DNA of 64,000 nucleotides. Source: an uncultured bacterium. GTDB lineage: Bacteria; Patescibacteriota; JACMRA01. The stretch covers positions 480,001 through 544,000 of the forward strand of contig OY969926.1 of the NCBI GenBank assembly GCA_963704645.1, written 5' to 3'. The translations under genes were made by a program, and so were the position numbers. A model generated the notes under the pieces. The model worked only from the letters and a program-made list of their open reading frames with translations. It did no database searches and had not been told where the DNA came from. Positions 61,752-64,000 of the stretch are shown here, one piece after another. Positions within the stretch are counted from its first letter, which is position 1. Each line of letters begins with the position of its first letter.

Positions 61752-61964
61752 ATTTCAAATTTTCAAACTCCACAAGTTCCCAGTCCGTCGCTTTTTAGTA
61801 ACGGCTTTTTTATTGGTTTAAAATCTCCCATAATTAAGTGCCCAAATGGCGATAGTAAATATCGCCGCTACACGGTTTTATTAAATACAAAGAAAACGCC
61901 CGAAGGCGTAATCAATTTGTTTTATAGTAAATCTTACGTTTGTGGCTCGTAAACTGCTCCACTA

Positions 61965-62390
61965 CTAGGCTTCTACTGTAACTCCCATGCTGCGGCATGT
62001 TCCTTCTACCATTTTCATGGCTTGGTCTACATCGTAGCAGTTTAAATCTTCCATCTTTCTTTCGGCAATGGTTCTTATTTGAGCTTTAGTAATTTTTCCT
62101 ACCTTCTTTCTTAATTGGTCTGAAGCGCCAGAAGTTATACTAATAGCTTGCTTTACTAATTCTGAAACAGCTGGAGTTTTAAGAACGAATTCGAAACTTC
62201 TGTCATCGTATACAGTAATTAAGGCTGGAATGCCACCTACCATGTTGGCGGTTTGAGTGTTAAAATCTTTAACAAACTGCATTAGGTTAATACCTAAAGG
62301 TCCTAATGTTGAACCTACCGGAGGCCCTGCTTGAGCTTTCGCTGCTGGAATTACTATTTTTACAACTGCCTTAATCTTTTTGTTGGCCAT
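61965..62390 (-). CDS. rplK: 50S ribosomal protein L11
   Basis: PPVGSTLG, DRSFEFVLKTP, GTCRSMG. Confidence 0.97.
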   Translation of the reverse strand: MANKKIKAVVKIVIPAAKAQAGPPVGSTLGPLGINLMQFVKDFNTQTANMVGGIPALITVYDDRSFEFVLKTPAVSELVKQAISITSGASDQLRKKVGKITKAQIRTIAERKMEDLNCYDVDQAMKMVEGTCRSMGVTVEA

Positions 62391-62437
62391 ATATTTAACA
62401 ATTGAAAGGAAATAGGCCTTAATTGTCAAGAAAAAAG

Positions 62438-63106
62438 CTAGTCTTCAACTGTAAATTCTAGTCTTTTTAGACCTTGGCCAATAGACTTTTGTTTCAAAAT
62501 TACAAATTTACCAATTTCTTTGGAATTACTAATATGCGGTCCTCCACAAAACTCGCGTGAGTAAACTGTGCCTTGGCCATCTTTTAAGGTATAAATACTA
62601 ACAATGTCGCCGTATTTTTCGCCGAACAAACCAATTGCACCAAGTTTCGCAGCCTCTTCTTGTTTCATTTCTAATTTTTCCATCTCCAAATGTCTATCAA
62701 TAATTGCTTGAACCTTGTCTTGGATAGAGTTAATTTCCTCGGTGCTTAAACTATTGGTAAGTGTAAAATCGAATCTGGCTTTTTCGTTGGTTATAGCCGA
62801 ACCTTTTTGTTTAACATCTGTGCCAAAAGTGTCTCGTAAAACTGAGTGTAAAATATGAGTAGAAGTGTGTAACTTCCTTGTTTTTTCTGAATCTTGATCT
62901 AGACCAGATTTAAATTGTCCAGCTGAAGTTGTTTGAGATAGTTTTTGATGTTCAGAAATTAAACTATTTAGCAATTCAGAGTCTAGTTTTAAGCCGTGAC
63001 TTTCTAAAATATCTTCTGAAATTTCAATTGGTACGCCAAAAGTTTGATATAAATCCCAAGTTTTTTCGGCTAGAAATTGTGGAGTAATTTGTTCATTTTT
63101 GTTCAT
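62438..63106 (-). CDS. alaS: Alanyl-tRNA synthetase C-terminal part (helical segment plus editing domain)
   Basis: DLYQTFGVP, HTSTHILH, QKGS, RFDF, LFGEKYG, EFCGGPH. Confidence 0.85.
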   Translation of the reverse strand: MNKNEQITPQFLAEKTWDLYQTFGVPIEISEDILESHGLKLDSELLNSLISEHQKLSQTTSAGQFKSGLDQDSEKTRKLHTSTHILHSVLRDTFGTDVKQKGSAITNEKARFDFTLTNSLSTEEINSIQDKVQAIIDRHLEMEKLEMKQEEAAKLGAIGLFGEKYGDIVSIYTLKDGQGTVYSREFCGGPHISNSKEIGKFVILKQKSIGQGLKRLEFTVED

Positions 63107-63174
63107 AAATAATTCTTAATAAATCACTAATAATGGTCTAGTTAAATTTCTAAATACTTCTAAATTTTTCCAAA

Positions 63175-64000
63175 TTAAATCTTTAACCCGAAGATTCCTG
63201 CTAAATTCTTAACTGTTTCTAAGTTGCTAACAGTACTGCTAACTCCGTTAAAAATAGAGGAAATAGTTTCCAAGGCTGTTTGAATAATACCAGTTTTTTT
63301 ATCATCTAAATTAGCGTTGTGTTCAGAGTTTTCTGTAATATGGTTAACTGCTTTAATGGCTACTTCCTTTTGAATTTCGGGAATTTCTTGGTTGGTAGTA
63401 ATTAATTCTAAAATTTCAAGCAAATAGCCTTGAATTTGAATAAGTTTATCTTCGCTATCGTCTGTTGGCTTTACCATTTCTACAATTTTTTGCCTAGAAT
63501 TACTAACCATTTCACTATAATTTTGGCCGAAATTCATGTTGCCTGAATTATTAATATTGCTGTTTTGGAAGTTTTGTTGAGTCATACTGCTTGTGTTAAT
63601 GTTGTTTTGCTGGCTAATTTTTTGAGAAATTAAGCTAATATTTTGGTTGGAAAAGTTTTTTATAATTTCCTGAAAATATTGCTTATCTTTTGTTAAAATT
63701 TCAGTTTCGGTCAAGCTGGTTAAAATTTTGTTTTTTAAACTTTTAATTTCCTCTTTCAAAACTTTTGGATCTTCATTCTGACTGGGATCGTTTGCACTAT
63801 TAGAAAGACTGTTCTGCAAACTTTTAATTTCCCGCTTCATTTTTATTAATTTGTGCATAAACTCTTCAGCAATCAAACCTTCCTCTGAGTGTTCAGCAGA
63901 GCTAGATTTTAAGTTGGAAATAATTTTATTTAGCAAAGCTGGCTCGGCAAAAAAACTGATGTATTCTTGGTACTTTTGATCAACTTCATTTTCAGAAAAA
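63175..64000 (-). CDS. Hypothetical coiled-coil, N/Q-rich protein (5'-truncated by the window)
   Basis: Frame stays open from the window edge. Confidence 0.7.
   Translation of the reverse strand, partial: FSENEVDQKYQEYISFFAEPALLNKIISNLKSSSAEHSEEGLIAEEFMHKLIKMKREIKSLQNSLSNSANDPSQNEDPKVLKEEIKSLKNKILTSLTETEILTKDKQYFQEIIKNFSNQNISLISQKISQQNNINTSSMTQQNFQNSNINNSGNMNFGQNYSEMVSNSRQKIVEMVKPTDDSEDKLIQIQGYLLEILELITTNQEIPEIQKEVAIKAVNHITENSEHNANLDDKKTGIIQTALETISSIFNGVSSTVSNLETVKNLAGIFGLKI

Noticed and set aside
1-64000. Alternative genetic code (UGA read as Gly)
   Set aside because: Core genes read uninterrupted under code 11, and the truncated genes are not explained by upstream in-frame TGA continuation.

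Overview
AT-rich bacterial chromosome segment, genetic code 11. Gene content (DUF4012, VirB4/TraG-like ATPase, baseplate-J-like protein, C1:G72 tRNA-Tyr, monocistronic core genes) points to a Patescibacteria/CPR organism; this is an inference. Housekeeping genes: recG, rpiB, rpe-like, xseB, dsbA, ruvB, tig, lepB, recJ, trxA, cmk, grpE, ndk, mraY, polA, rplK, alaS fragment. Also present: 5 tRNAs, an orphan 5S rRNA, two PIN toxin-antitoxin pairs, a MazF pseudogene, a glycosyl/methyltransferase cluster and a family of modular Cys-rich surface proteins. Highlights: (1) two IS481-family copies inserted at the same base of the same palindrome; (2) a covarying hairpin repeat found empty, with a nested insert, flanking a surface gene, and in frame inside polA; (3) a >=743-bp exact duplication of a surface-gene 3' end; (4) RecG, RecJ and AlaRS present only as C-terminal halves, suggesting split genes; (5) a duplicated divergent gene module with an unannotated paralog that has no canonical start codon; (6) an unexplained 116-nt structured RNA abutting tRNA-Gly; (7) many apparently leaderless promoters. 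All calls come from reading the sequence; no searches were run.
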